Of a stretch of 57,261 nucleotides of DNA, positions 24,602 to 38,525 are shown in pieces (the first letter of the stretch is position 1; each line of letters opens with the position of its first letter). This stretch comes from a virus (taxonomy: Duplodnaviria > Heunggongvirae > Uroviricota > Caudoviricetes), in IMG/VR virus record IMGVR_UViG_3300028591_000088. The stretch is one strand, 5' to 3'. A program made the position numbers and the translations under genes. The notes below the pieces were generated by a model. The model was given only the letters and a program-made list of their open reading frames with translations. It was not told where the DNA came from and made no database searches.

Positions 24602-26271
24602 ATAATTCTTTTATATTTAATTGTTAATGTATAAGAAGTAGCGGCAGAGTCATTAGAAGCTAACTGTAATTTGCCTTCTTTTATAGCTGCATATATTCTA
24701 GTGGTATCAGCAGTTGTAGTAGCTGCAGTAGCCCAGTGCAAAGGAATTTCCTCCAGTTTTTCACTGGCTCCACCTTCTATTGCAAATACTCCAGAATAAG
24801 AACCATTAGTATTATCATCTATATAAAGTGCATATGTACCAGAAGTAGTAGATAAAGCAGTGCTTACTGCTGACCAAGAACTTGAAGATAAACTATATGC
24901 TTCTGAAGTACTTAGAGTAACTGTTTCATAATTCTCTGTACTTACCCAAGAAGGAGCTCCACTTCCATTTGATTGTAATATTTGTCCTGAAGTACCAACT
25001 GATGTAGGAGCAAATAATGTAGTACTAGAATTATAGGTATGAGCACCATTTATAGTTGGAAGAGCATAGTATAAAGCTCTCTCTGTTACTAAATTAGTAC
25101 CTGAACTTCCTGCAGCTGTGGCTGATGACTTATCATAAATTCCCTTAGCACAAGCAGCTCCTAAAGTATAATCAGCACCAACAGTTAAAGTCTTAGAAGT
25201 AGTTCCTCCACTGATTTTAAATCCTGTAGTTTGTTGAGATAAAGTAAGTCCATTTACTGCTCCTCCAGTTGTTAAAGCTTTAGTAGAAGGATTGTAAGTA
25301 AGTGTACTTGTTTTTCTGGCTCCTTCTGTTGTTGTTGTATTATTTGCACTTTCTGAAAATAATAATTCATAAGCAGCATTTGTAGTAGTTGCAGTCTATG
25401 TAACTTTATCATTAGGTGGAATCACCCAAGTACCATCAGCTCTTAAATAATAACCAAGACTTCCTAGCTAATTAGCTGCTGGTGCTGGAACAAGACCTGC
25501 AGTTCCTGCTACTTCTGCTGTAGCAACTGCAAAGTTAGGAGGATCTGTACTTGTTATAGTAATCTTTCCTACATTGTTTGAAGTGACTGCAATTCTTCCT
25601 GCTCCTTCTATACAGTATCTTGTATAAGCACTACCTTCTTGTAATATTAGATGTACATTACCATTAGTAGACTAAGCTGTAGTTGTTGTACCATTAGATG
25701 CTCCTACAAATAAAGCAGTGCTAATATTAGAAGTAATAGAAGTCCACTTAGGTTTGTTATTAGTAGCATCATAGGTGAGTGCTTGTCCATCTGTACCTGC
25801 TGCTAAAAAAGCAGTAACATTAGTTCCTGACTAATAGACTATCTATCCAGCGCCTCCTCCATTTAATTTAACTGCAGCTGAAGCAGCACCACCATCACTT
25901 GAAGAGCCTGCATAAGTAGTAGTTGTAAAAGCTAAAGATAAAGCTCCTGCAGTGGTATAAGTACATCTAACAAAAGCATTACTTACTCCTGCATCAGGTA
26001 AAGCTACATTAGTAATACTGTCTCCTGTATTATAAAGAATTCCCTTACCTTTATTTACATTTGTAGCTGCACCTATTATATCATCTGTAGTTAGCATTCT
26101 ATTTACTAACCCATTTAAAAAATGATCTAAACCATAAGAAGTCCCCTACACTGGGGAAAGTATTTTAGATGAATCACTTGGATTATATTTATAATGCACA
26201 GCACTAGTATCTGTAATAGGCCATACATCTATAGTATCATCCCATTGTAATTGTTTTCTTATTGCTGACAT
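24598..26271 (-). CDS. Tail fibre protein (557 aa, TAG=Gln)
   Basis: MSAIRKQLQWDD; in frame with ORF 25843..26097; GQILQSNGSGAPSW and GLVPAP..YLRADGTW motifs. Confidence 0.72.
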
Positions 26272-26276
26272 ATTAT

Positions 26277-28571
26277 TTAAATATTAATATCTGGTCCTAA
26301 AACAAAATTACCAGTTCCTGAATTACCAAACATCTTACCTGTTACTTTATCAAACATATATCCTGTAGTTCCTATACGAACTGGTATAAAGTCACGAACT
26401 AATGTATTATTTATATATATTTTAGCATATTTAATTTTACCATTAAATTTCATACGTCCTCTTGGACCATCTGAAAATAAATAAATATTAGAATTACTAA
26501 GTATAATATTATTATTACTTATGGCGACAGTATAAGAAGTTCCATCAGCTATCATATTACGATTATTAGCATCAGGATACTCATAGGTGACAACATGCCA
26601 TTGATTAGCAGTAGCTCCTGTCTTACTCCAATTTGAACCTCCCCATTGAAAAAAATTCTGTCCAGAAACTCCACTAACAAATCCATATTTATCTCCCTAA
26701 GAAGAATTAATATTACCCCAAACATCTTTTTCTCCAGAAGATGTATGATTCATAAACTAGATGTTTAATTTAAATGAATACTAATCAGCCTTTACTCCAG
26801 TATTAATATACTAGGTACCTGTACTTTCTAAATATTCAATACGAGTCCAGACAGGATAAACACCACTTGCTCTCTCAGGTCCTAGAGTAAAACTACCACT
26901 TCCAGCATTTGCATAAAACTTCCATTCTACTTTATCCCATAAACCAGGAGTTCCGTTGTAGGAAACTGGAATGAAGTCTCGGATTAATTGATTGTTTAAC
27001 TTTATTTTACAGTAATATATTTTTCTATTAGCTACCTAGTAAGGATTACTTCCATAATTAAACTTAAATAAATATATATTTCCATTATTTGCTGATAGTG
27101 AAGTCCAATTTCTGTAGGCAGTTGGAAAATTCTGTCCATTTCTAGTAGAGGTTTCTATAAAAGTTCCTGCACTATTTAATTTATTGTTTATATCATATGT
27201 ATAAATAACTTTACTAGTATCAGCCCGAGTTTGTAATTGACATAACCAATTTATTCCTTGATAACCAGCATTTACTGGAACTTCTGATAATTCTACATTT
27301 AGGAAATAATCTACAGATTTACTGAGATAAACATTAGTGTCTATATATGCAGTAGCATCACTCTATAAATATTCATACTCTTTTAAAGTAATCTTATTTC
27401 CAAGAGTAAACTATCCAGTTCCTTGGTTTCTGTAGAATTTATTTTCTACAGTATCCCACATTCCTGGTTCTCCTAAATATGTGCATGGGAGCATATTACG
27501 AACCAGGACTCCATTATTAGAGGCTTTATAATAATATACTTTAAAATTAGTACAATAATTATTAGTAGAACCATTTCCATGGTTTAAAGCAAATAAATAG
27601 TCAGACTCTGTATTTGGTGCAGTCATATTAGTAAATGTAATATTATTACTATTATTTGTATATACCCATCTGCTATTACTACTATTAAAACTAGCTGATA
27701 TTATATAAGTACCATTAGAAGATGTTCCATATCTATTATCTTTAACTCCTAACTAGGTAGTTGCATTTCTAAAACAAAAACCTGTTCCTTCATTAGTATA
27801 TTTAATTTCATGAAAATTCTTCTAAGTGCCTCCTAAACCAGTATCAATCCACTAAGTACCAGTACTCTATATATAATCATATAATTCAACTCCAGCAGGC
27901 AGAATAGAATTACTTCTTCTTACTTCATATATCTCATCATAATTCTTTATTTCTGGGCCTGCACTTAGTAAATTGCTGTTAGTACTTGTAAAGAATCTAT
28001 CATTTATAATTTCCCAGAAACCGTACTAATTATTAAACTAAGATGGAACGAAGTACTGTATTAAGTTTCCAGCTGCATCCCACACTTTAAAATAGAAAAA
28101 TTTACTAGCTTGCAATATAAAACGCATGTTACTTTCTGTAATAAAAGTATCTGAATGTCTAACAGCTCTTCCCTTATTTATTCCATCCCATTCCCAGTAG
28201 CCATTTTCAACTCTTGCAGTATGTATGTTTTGGTCCTAAGTCTAAAAAATTATAGATGAGCTTGTAGTATCCTTAGACCAATAACTCATCCAAAATCTTC
28301 CGCCTGAAGTAGCTCCATATGTAATGGACATCACTTTTTTGGAGTAACCTTCATCAGCACCAGCTACAAATACTAAATATGCAGTACCATTTGTACTTTG
28401 GAATTTTACTTCATAAGTATAATTCATATGTCCACGTAATCCTGTATCAAATGTAACTGCTGTAGTGGAAGTATTCTATAAATATTCATATCTTCTCCAT
28501 TTACGAGGCTTTCTAATATTGGTGACCAGATGAGCCTGGCCACCACTATCAACATATTTTATCATAATCAT
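26277..28571 (-). CDS. Protein with four tandem LamG/concanavalin-like domains (764 aa, TAG=Gln)
   Basis: Three ORF fragments share its frame; four repeats of Y(I/L)...(I/F)(D/N)T...K(I/V)YY.K...L.R...P....G.WD.V...FY.N.G.G.F.LG. Confidence 0.75.
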
Positions 28572-31500
28572 TCAGCTTTTATATAGTAAACAGCTTCCGA
28601 ATCTAAAGTAGTAAGAGCATTAAACTAAGCTTCTGTTAAGAAGTACTCTTTTCTTGTTGTAGAGATAGTTCCATTGCTTATAGAGATTCCAGTACCTGCT
28701 GTATAAGAAGTTGCTCCACTAGTAGGTGTTCCTGAAGTAGTAGAATTATCCCAATCATCTGTTTGAGAATCCTAAGATTTAACTTCTGCAAATCTTATAT
28801 CATGAACATTTGTATTTATATATTTAGTAGTACCTGATAAATAGAATAAATCTTTATAAATACCATAAGTATTAGCAGAACCATCATACCCTATATAAGG
28901 AAGTCCTATTTCTGTTTGTGCTGTTACTGAGCCTACTCCTGTACAACTTGTAGTAGTATTAGCACTTTGATACAAGTAGCCTCTCCCATCAGTTTTACTA
29001 AGATTAGTAGCAGTATCTGCATTACCAACAAGATCAGCAGTAATTGTAGTGCCTTTAACTATTATACTAGTACGATATAACTATTGTGCAGTATCAGTAG
29101 TATTCTTGGCTCTCACAGGTAGGTAATATTCAGTAGTAGCATTAGCAACTGCTGAGAACTTAACTAAGTCATTATTAGAGCTAATCTTTATAGTTCCATA
29201 AGCAGTATTTCCACTTTGTCCACTTGCTGTTCCTGCTGCTAAGAATGTAACTGATGTAGCACCATCTCCAATAAAGTTAATTCCTGTCTTAGTAGCTGAA
29301 TCATATCGTGAAGTACCTCCTGTGTATATTGGACGTACTGTATCAGTAGTATAAGAAGGAGCTTGCCATGTACCATCCTCTCTTAGGAATTTAGTACTCT
29401 ATGTCTAAGTACTAATAGCACTAGAAAGAGCTGGACCATTCGTTATACTATTTGCTCCATTCCATTTAACAAGACTTCCACTAGTTCCAGAACCTGTAAC
29501 ATTATTTGTAATAGAAGGAGTTACTGGAACTTCTATATAATTAGTCCCATCACCTATTAAGAATTTATTTGTTCCTCCTGCAATGCTAAGACCAGTAGAA
29601 GAATCAGTTATTATAACAGTTGCATCAGTTTTCTTTGTACCACTTACTGTAGTTAGTTTTATACCTGTTTTATCAGTATTTGTAGTATATGAAGGTTCTA
29701 CCCAAGTTCCATCTTCTCTTAAGAATTTAGTTGTTCCTGAATCAGTGGGAGTTATAACTCCAGATGTAACTGATGACTCACCTCTTGCTGCTATTGGAAG
29801 CTATGCTGTAATACTTACTCCAGCTATAGTTGCTAATGTAGTTGCTGTAGTGCCTATAACTGCTGCTTTATTAGATATGTTTCCTGCATGTGCTACTATA
29901 TTTGATCCGATACATATAGAACCATTTTTATAAAATCTTAAATTTATTGAACTATCGTAACCACCTGTTCCTATGTAAGAATATATATTACCACTTGTAC
30001 CCCCATAAGAACCTATTCTAAATACAGTAGATAATGGAGAACTAGAATCATTACTAGCATATTGATTAAATGTTATAAAGTCTCTAGCCCAACTAATTAA
30101 AGTTTTAATATTCCAATTAATGCCATTATCAAAAAGGTCAAATGTAATATCACCTTTCATAGTTCCTCCTGATAGAGGTAAATAACTACCTAAATCAACT
30201 GCAGTTCCTCCAGGAGCAGCTATTGTCTTTGTTGATCCATTTATTTTTACAGAGTGAGTATGACTAGTTTCAGACAAAGCAACCCAACTTCCATCACCTC
30301 TTAAATATTTGCCTCTATCAGCTGAAGCAGCACCTGGCATGTAACCAGCAGTACCTGCTACAGAGTCAGTAGCACCTTTCCATGCTATCCAAGTGTCTTT
30401 GTATGCATTTGCTGGGAGTTTTCTCCATACAGGTGTAGTATTAGTTCCATTTACAAAAGATAATACATAATCATTGGAAGAACTTGCTAAAGCAGCTCCT
30501 CCAGTAGTTAACTGTGGAATATAACCTGCTGCACTTGTTGAGGCTGCTGTCCATGTATCAGTGTCTATCTCTGTATGTGCTACAAGCCAATTAGCTGCTG
30601 TTCCAGGAGTATTGTTTGTTAAATAAACTACATCTCCTACATGAGCAGTAACTGAACTTCCTGATGCATCAGTAAATGTGAATGAACTAGTTACTCTGGC
30701 AAAATCACCTTGTCCAGCATCTGTAAGAGCTATTATATCTGCTTCAGAAGCTACAGTTCCTAAGTATTGTACTGCACTTGCAACATTATTAGCAATAGCT
30801 GTATAGACGGCTCCAGAAGTTACTAAATGAGAAGAGCCTGAAGTCACTGTAGTATCATAAGTATCCCATGTAGGAGCTCCACTTGAATTAGAAATATAAA
30901 CTTTACCTGCTGCTCCTGGACCAGCTACTATACCAGCAGTATCTTTAGCATTAGAAGGTAGATTACCAGAATGATACACTAATTTATTCTATGCAGCGTA
31001 AATATCACCAGTATTTGTTATATATGCTACAACTTTAGATCTTGTACCACTATAGAAATAATAAGTATCAGCACTATTTACTCCTAAAGTCCAAAGTTTA
31101 TCGCTTTTATTCTGATAAACAATACATGAATAATCACTATTATATGTACTTTTTATAGTTAATACCTCTCCAATTGTAGAATTTAGTGTTCCCCCTGTTA
31201 AAGGTAAATAAGCAGTAGAATCAAATGCTCTACTTCCTAAAGTTTTAAGGGTCCAACCATTAGCAGTACCACTAGATACTATGGCTTGATTAGCTGTTGT
31301 AGAACTTCCTGTTAAATCAGTATATGCATGTTTATGTCCTGCTAATGATACATTTGTACCATTTACATTTGGGGTGCTCGATAGTTTTATAACTCCATCT
31401 TGAGTCATAGTCATAGCTGCAACTTGTGTACCTTTTTGGGCATCAGAATAAAGAACTAATTTATTATCATTTCCATCTCCTGCACCAAGATATTTAAGTC

Positions 31501-32905
31501 CAAATCCATGAACAGCAGAAGTTGATACATCAGCAGAATTTCCATGATTGATTCTCCATAACCAAACATCTTGATCGTGTGATGTAAGAGCTATCATTGG
31601 ATCATTAGATGCTGATCCATAATATCTCTTAAGTGCACCAGTCATAGTCCCTCCAGCAAGAGGGAGTTTAGTATTATCTCTAGCACTTCCGTTAGCAAGT
31701 AAGTATCCTTGATGTGCAGATAAACTATCAGTTGTATTATTCTAAGAAGTTAGATTATTTTGAATGCCTCTCCATGTGTAGGCCTTAGCGGGAAGTTTCT
31801 TCCATGAAGGAACAAGTGTTCCAGAGGAAGCATATGTAAAAGATAATACATAGTCATTAGTACTATCTTCTAGTTCAGTTCCTCCACTTGCTAATTGTGG
31901 AGCTACACCACTCTAAGTGCTATTAACTGCATTAGCAGTTATAGTCAAAGTTCTATTTGTAGTATCTGAAGTAAGAGTAATATTATCTCCCTGTATAATA
32001 GTAAAGTCATCAGCATCATTTTGATTGGCTGTAAAGTCACTTACTGTTGTTACTGTATCTCCAACTTTTGATTTAATGCTGTATGTTCCATTATATACAT
32101 CATATGTATTATTTAAATAAGCATTAGCTGGTAACTTTTTCCAAGAAGGAGTTAAAGTTCCAGAAGATGAATATGTAAATGCAAGTATATAGTCATTAGC
32201 AGAACTTGCCAATGCTGTACCTCCTGAAGCTAATTTAGGTACATATCCTACTTGTGAACTATTAGCTGCCTACCAAGTAGAAGTTATTGTTAATAGTCCT
32301 GATTTAGCTTTTACAGAGGCTCCTCCAGCACCTGTTATCTATATACCTCCTGATTTAGCATTATTCTCTACTATATTTAAATAAGTAGTTGTATTTGTTG
32401 TATCTGACGTAGCATTAGATGTAGCATTAGAAGTACCAAGGACCGGAACTGCCGTATAATGAGTATTAGTGTCCCAAGGCACATCTACATAAATCTTTCC
32501 GTTGGCATTCATCTTTACCCAATACTACTTGCCTGTAATGTTAGTGGTGCTATCTTTGGCTACTCCCAATATTATAGCACCTTTTGCAGAATTAGTAGCT
32601 AAAGGTAGTAAACTAGCTGTAATAGTACCACTAGTTATTTTACTTGCATTAAGTTCGGGTATATCATCAGCTTCTAAAGCTCTAAAGGAAGGATTACCAT
32701 TTGAACCATTTGGAGCAGCAAATACATAGTTTGCTGTTTGGGATCCAAACTAAGCCCCTCCAACAGTTGGAAGGTCTAAAACAGTATTTTCAGCTCCCTC
32801 CTATGCCCATGTTATAGTAGCTTTGACAACACCACTATCTGCACTAAAACTTATATTCTTTACTAAGTGGGTTCCACTATGTAAATAACTGTCTTTTATG
32901 TTCAT
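28568..32905 (-). CDS. Long tail fibre protein with internal repeats (1445 aa, TAG=Gln)
   Basis: MNIKDSYLHSG; four ORF fragments share its frame; YLPL(S/T)GGT(M/L), KFLREDGTW x2, DY(I/V)L(A/S)F...W(K/R)KLPA.AY x3. Confidence 0.8.
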
Positions 32906-34179
32906 ATTAATTTTCTATATTTAATTGATATAATTGCATTATTCTCATTCTAGGAAGTTGCTAACTTTAAATAAGAAGTACTTGAAGTACTACCTATCTT
33001 AGCATAGAGTCTTCCTCTTTCTACTCCTCCTACAGAATCAATTGTACCAGAACAATGAAGTATTATTTCATCATCTACTGTCCCTCCCTATATATAGGAG
33101 AATGTTCCTGTATATATACAAGATGCATATGTTATTTGTATTATATAAGAACCATTTCCAGAAGTAAGTCTAGTATTTAAATTATCTACATCAGTCCAAG
33201 ATGATGTAAGATTTACACTAGACAATGTAGCAGAAATAGAAGCACTTGGATCACTAGGTAACTTTACTTTAAAAGTAATTCCACCAACTGTTCCTATAGA
33301 TGATTCTGCACCCCAAGCTAGTGTAGGTACTGTCGAAGGGGCTGTAACGGTTCTCCATGCAGGTGTCCCACTTGAGTTTGTCATCCATACCTAGTTCTTA
33401 GTATTAGAAGTTGGAGCAGCTACAATACCAGCAGTATTAAGGGCATTAGCTACAGGACTAAGAGTAATCCAAGTAGTAGAATTCTTACTAGTTCTAAACT
33501 ATACAGTCTAATCAGGAATATTCATTCTTAACTATGCCCAAGTAGAAGTAAATGGATCCCCATCTTTATAAAGAGTTATAAATCCATAATCCTTACTATT
33601 AACTGTTGTTGTTCCAGCAGATGTATAAGAAGCAAGAGTATCGAATGAAGAGGTTCCATTTAATCTTTTTACATAGTCTAATTGAACTGTATTAGAAGCA
33701 TATTGAAATATTGCTACATTAGAAAGTGTCTATCCAGAGGAAGGAATAGTATTACTTATAGAGAAATTACCAGTATCTAATACTGTATAAGATGCATCAT
33801 TTTTTACTGTAGTAAGGCCTGTTCCTAATATAACAGTTGGACTTGTAGCATTTCCCAAATAAGTGTTACCTGCACTATAATATAAAAGATCTTTCTATCC
33901 TGAAACTATCTTATAAGATCCAATATCTATATTAGCATTCTTTTCTAAATAGTTAGCATGAGTGTGATTAGATAGGGACAGTTGTTTGGTAGTTCCAGCA
34001 ATAGTTAGCTAAACAGCTCCGTTAGCTTCTGTCCCGTAAGCAGCACTATTTATATAGATACCGTGCGTATATAATTGTCCTGTTTCAATAATGAAGTTAA
34101 GGGAGTAGTTATCTATTTTATTCTACTCCCACAAACTTTCAAATCTTGAATAGGTCTGTATCGCTGTAAACTTTCCCAT
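32902..34179 (-). CDS. Tail fibre/adaptor protein (425 aa, TAG=Gln)
   Basis: MGKFTAIQTYSRF; in frame with ORF 33088..33384; ends SIKYRKLI*. Confidence 0.72.
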
Positions 34180-34180
34180 A

Positions 34181-36211
34181 TTACTTCACGTATTCAACAT
34201 TACCTTGATCGTCTATTTCTGTCCACATTATTCCAAGCTCATTATTACTATATAAGAAATCACTTCCAAAATTAAGAGCAGCAGAACCTAAAGATGATTG
34301 TGTTAGTGCATTACTTTGTATTTTGTAAGCAAGAACATTTCTCCAAGTATCTTCAGCATTTATTTTTAAAGTTCCAGCTGGAAGATTTGTAGTACTAAGA
34401 GTTACATTATCACCTCCAACTAAAGTGAAAGTTGTAGTAGCATTGGTTTCAATTAAAGATGTGGCATTTTCACTAGTAGAATTAGCATAGAAACTTATTG
34501 CTCTATACTTATGTGTAATACTTGGGGTTAGAACCACTTCATTATTAGAAGTAGAACTTGTAAAGCTTATGTCTGTACCATTAGCGAATTTTAATGTTTT
34601 TGCTTCACTACCAGAGTATGTTAGAATACTATCAGTATTGTCCTTAATAGTAAGACTATATGGGTTTGCAAGACTACTTACCTCAGTAATATTTGTCACG
34701 TGTCCATAACTATCAGTAGTAATACTACCTAATTTATTAGTAAATGCTGTTCCAGAAGCATGAGCTAATGTATACTAACTATTACTTACACTAAGATTAA
34801 GTCCTCCTCCTATATTAAGAATAGACTCAGCATTTGGTTTATACTAAAATTCAGTTTGGCCTTTCTTTATTTTTAAATACTATGTAGTACCTATAATATC
34901 AGAAGCCTTAGCACTAATAGTAACATTACCATTTGTATTACTAACTGTAATATAAGTACTAGAAAGTAGGTTAAGGTCATGAGTTCCTATAGAAGTGTTA
35001 TCTACTTTTATAGTTCTCCATAAAGTGTTAGGATTTACAAATGATATACCATCTGTAGTAGATTTCAGAACTTTTCCATTATCAAAAGCTAAAGCACTTA
35101 TATTTCTAGAACCAGTTCCATAAAGAACACCAGTGAGGTTAGATGTAGAACTAAGAGTACCATCTAAGTTAGCCTGAATTATAGTCCAGTCCGATATAGA
35201 AAAGTCATTACCTTTATTATTTACTGCTATAAGCATATCACCTACTTCTACATTTTCTCCCTGAAACTGTCCTGCAGTAGTAAATCTTAATGTCCAACCA
35301 GTCTTATAATCCAATGTGATAATGTTAGTAGTACCATCAGTTACGTTATTAACTACTGCACTATTATGTGCCTGTATTACACCTGCAGCATTCATAGTAC
35401 CAACAAATATCATCGCATCTTGAGAAGCAAATAAGTCTTCTGCATATTGATTAGCAGCAGTTATTGCAGCATCAACAGCTTTTGGAGTAGCTGCCCATCC
35501 TGCAGTATCATCCTTAGTAGAGTCAGCACTATCATATAATTTTACATGTCCAAGAACAGAACCTGTAGCTTTTACACTTGTATGTGATAAAGGAGCAAAT
35601 AAAGCAGATAGTGCCTTGTTACCTATGTAAAAATTAGTAGCGTGTACATTACCACTTCCATCAAAATAGAAGCTAGTCTAATACTTAGGCTTCTATGAAT
35701 TACTATTTGTAACACCTACAGGATAGTATGTTCCCTATGTTGTTGTAGAAGAACCTTGAACATATGAAACGTCTATAGTACCACTATTAGATATAGATGT
35801 GATATGACCACTTTTATTAACAGTAATAATAGGAACTTGTGTAGCACTACCGTATTGTCCTGCTTGTTCTGTTAAGAATTCAGCATGACTTATACTTGCA
35901 ACTCCATTAGAAATAGTACCTTCATTTATTATTCCATCCCCTTGTATTGATTGAATAACACTTCCAGAACCTATTAATGTACTGTCCATATATAGTCCTG
36001 CAGTACCATTTGTAACTGAGAAAGATAGGCCTTGTGGGGCATCATCTACAATTTTAAATAATCTAAATTTCTAACCATGAGTATACATAAAACCATCACC
36101 TGTAAAAGCAATAGAATAATATACTGGGTTTAAAGTTTTATCTGCGGTTTTTATTCTACTATAAGTCGCTTCCATTCGCGACGCTGAGGGAGAATATATT
36201 AGTTTACTCAT
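34181..36211 (-). CDS. Tail fibre protein (676 aa, TAG=Gln)
   Basis: MSKLIYSPSASRME; three ORF fragments share its frame; GHVKLYD..AATPKAV, VEVGDMLIA..DWTIIQANLDG. Confidence 0.75.
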
Positions 36212-37263
36212 AAATCAGTCCAACCTATTGATACTCGACCTTCCTGTAATCTGAAGTCGTCAGTAAAGTCTATTCTATCTGTAACTTCTACGTTTGTATT
36301 GTCTGGAGCTATTCCTCCTACTTTGAATTTGTTTGCTCTAACATAATTATATACTAGATAAGGAGAAGCAGCTTCAGCAACTACTCCAGCAGCATTAATA
36401 TCCTAGTTATCACTAGATGGAGAAGGTACTCCATTTATAGTGTCTACTAATTTAACATGTCCATATAAATTTGTAGATGCACCTCCATATTCTGGTTTAT
36501 CGGATAAGTGAATTTTAGGAGTAGCAGTACCAGTAACTTCACCTTGTAACTTACCTATAATAGTACCATTCTGTACTATAAGGTCTCCATTTTTTACAAC
36601 AACACTCTAAGATTGGGAACCTTCAACTTCTAAATTACCAGTTTTTAGTACTCTAGTATAATTATTATAACTAAGTCCTCTACCCTTTCTTGTTGTATTT
36701 GTATCATCAGTGTTAGAATCACGTTCTGCTAATAATAATTGTCTATCAGCATCTTTTTCATCAGAGCTTCTCTATTCTACATAGTCCCTAATAGTTACTG
36801 AAGCATTTACTGCATTTGTAGCATGTCCTTTTTTATCAAAAGTAATTTTAGGGACATTAATAATATTTACTCCAGTCTAATTATTAGATATAGGTCCATA
36901 TGTATCTTGAATAACTCCTGATTCTTTATGATAGAGTCTATTTTCCTTCCATTCTAAAGCATCGTCTGTATCAATCTTAGTTAGAGCATTACTAGAAATA
37001 ACAATAGCATTATCCTAAGCTCTTACTTGAATACTAGAAGATCCAGGTACTATTGTAAAAGATGATTCAGATAAAGAGACAATTACTGTATTATTCATTT
37101 CTTCTACTCTGAGACTTTCATGTCCAGCCTAAAAGAAATGCCCGTTAAACCATATTTCATTACTATCCTCTATAAAGCATATAGGACTTAATTCTGCAGG
37201 AATAGAGTTAACTAATGTATCAAAGATTCTTCTCTTTGTAAAATATAAAAATTTACTAGTCAT
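36208..37263 (-). CDS. Tail fibre/adaptor protein (351 aa, TAG=Gln)
   Basis: MTSKFLYFTKRRIFD...RVSIGWTDL*; YGHVKL motif; ATGA overlap. Confidence 0.7.
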
Positions 37264-37597
37264 ATACTTTAGTAGTAAGTAATGAATCTAATTTTAAAGT
37301 AGCTTCCTATAAGGTATTATTCTTTTTTATATAGTGACCATCTTGTCCAACTTTAAGGTCAGAACTATCAAGTACTGGATTATCAGTAATAAGATGTCCA
37401 TTAATAGTTAGGTTATCCACAGAATCAATAAATTCAGCTATAACTCTAGCTATTTGTCCACTATCAAGAAATACTACCCAATCTTGCTCTACTTCATCAT
37501 ATCTTAATAATAACTCTTCATCTTTAAACCATATATGATAAAGAGTTGGGGGAGGATCTGGACCTCGCCATATGCTTACTTGTTTATTCTTTATCAT
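37253..37597 (-). CDS. Hypothetical structural protein (114 aa, TAG=Gln)
   Basis: ORF 37307..37597 extended through TAG to TAA 37253. Confidence 0.7.
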
Positions 37598-38525
37598 GTA
37601 TTCTTACAATTGTATCTCCTAAATTTGGATTAACACTTCTATAGACATAGTATCTTATAGACTATATATAGATGATTGATTCCTAAATAAAACCTCCAAT
37701 TATTCCATTAACTGAGAAATCTGACTGATTTTTAGTTATTACATATATATATTCATTTTCTCCAGCGTCTATTCTTATTTTATCTTCTATAGTATAGTTA
37801 TCTTCTTCCCAATTTGGACTTGTTCCATAGAAAGTAGGAAAGTTTATATCAAAATTAACATTTCTAGTTAACCATACTCCATTAAGATAGTAAGAAAGCT
37901 TAATTGGAAAAGCCTCTGTTACATTTTCAAATATATAAGATCTTACTTCAGGATCTATAACTGTTCTATTAATTGTTTGTGCTTCTACAGGTTGCTCATA
38001 TTTCCATATAACTAATACATCGACAGGAAGTTGATTACTTGTAGCATATCTAGGTATAACTTCGAGAGAAACAACATTACTTGCTAAAGATTCAATCTTA
38101 TTTTCAATATACTAAGTCCAATATTTCAGTTCTAGATTGACTTTATCAAGTATTCCTTGTTCATCTCCTCTTAGAGTATCTACGATGAATTTATACAAAT
38201 CTTTTTGATTTGCCAAGTTACCTTCTATTTTTCCCCATAGTAGAGAATCATCTCCTCCAATTCCAAGATTCTGTCTAATTATAGCTCTTTGATAATCATC
38301 AGTAAGTTCTGAAAATAGATTTTTAATAGCAAAATATTCTCCAGAACAACCAACAGTAACTGGACATTCTTCTTTGATACATCCTTCTTTTTCTTCTGGA
38401 TCTTCAGGAAGAATTACTTCTACTGGAGTTATAGTTATGTCTCTAACAGGTTCTTGCTCTATTTTAATAGTATTTAAATTAATAGAAGGAACTGTATCAC
38501 TATTATTTATATTGACAAAGTTCAT
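37584..38525 (-). CDS. Hypothetical structural protein (313 aa, TAG=Gln)
   Basis: ORF 38112..38525 extended to TAA 37584; RQNLGI and WGKIEGNLANQKDL motifs. Confidence 0.7.

Noticed and set aside
21942-37263. Diversity-generating retroelement or invertible shufflon in the fibre cluster
   Set aside because: No reverse transcriptase or recombinase, no adenine-specific TR/VR pair and no inverted cassettes seen; the repeats are diverged protein modules
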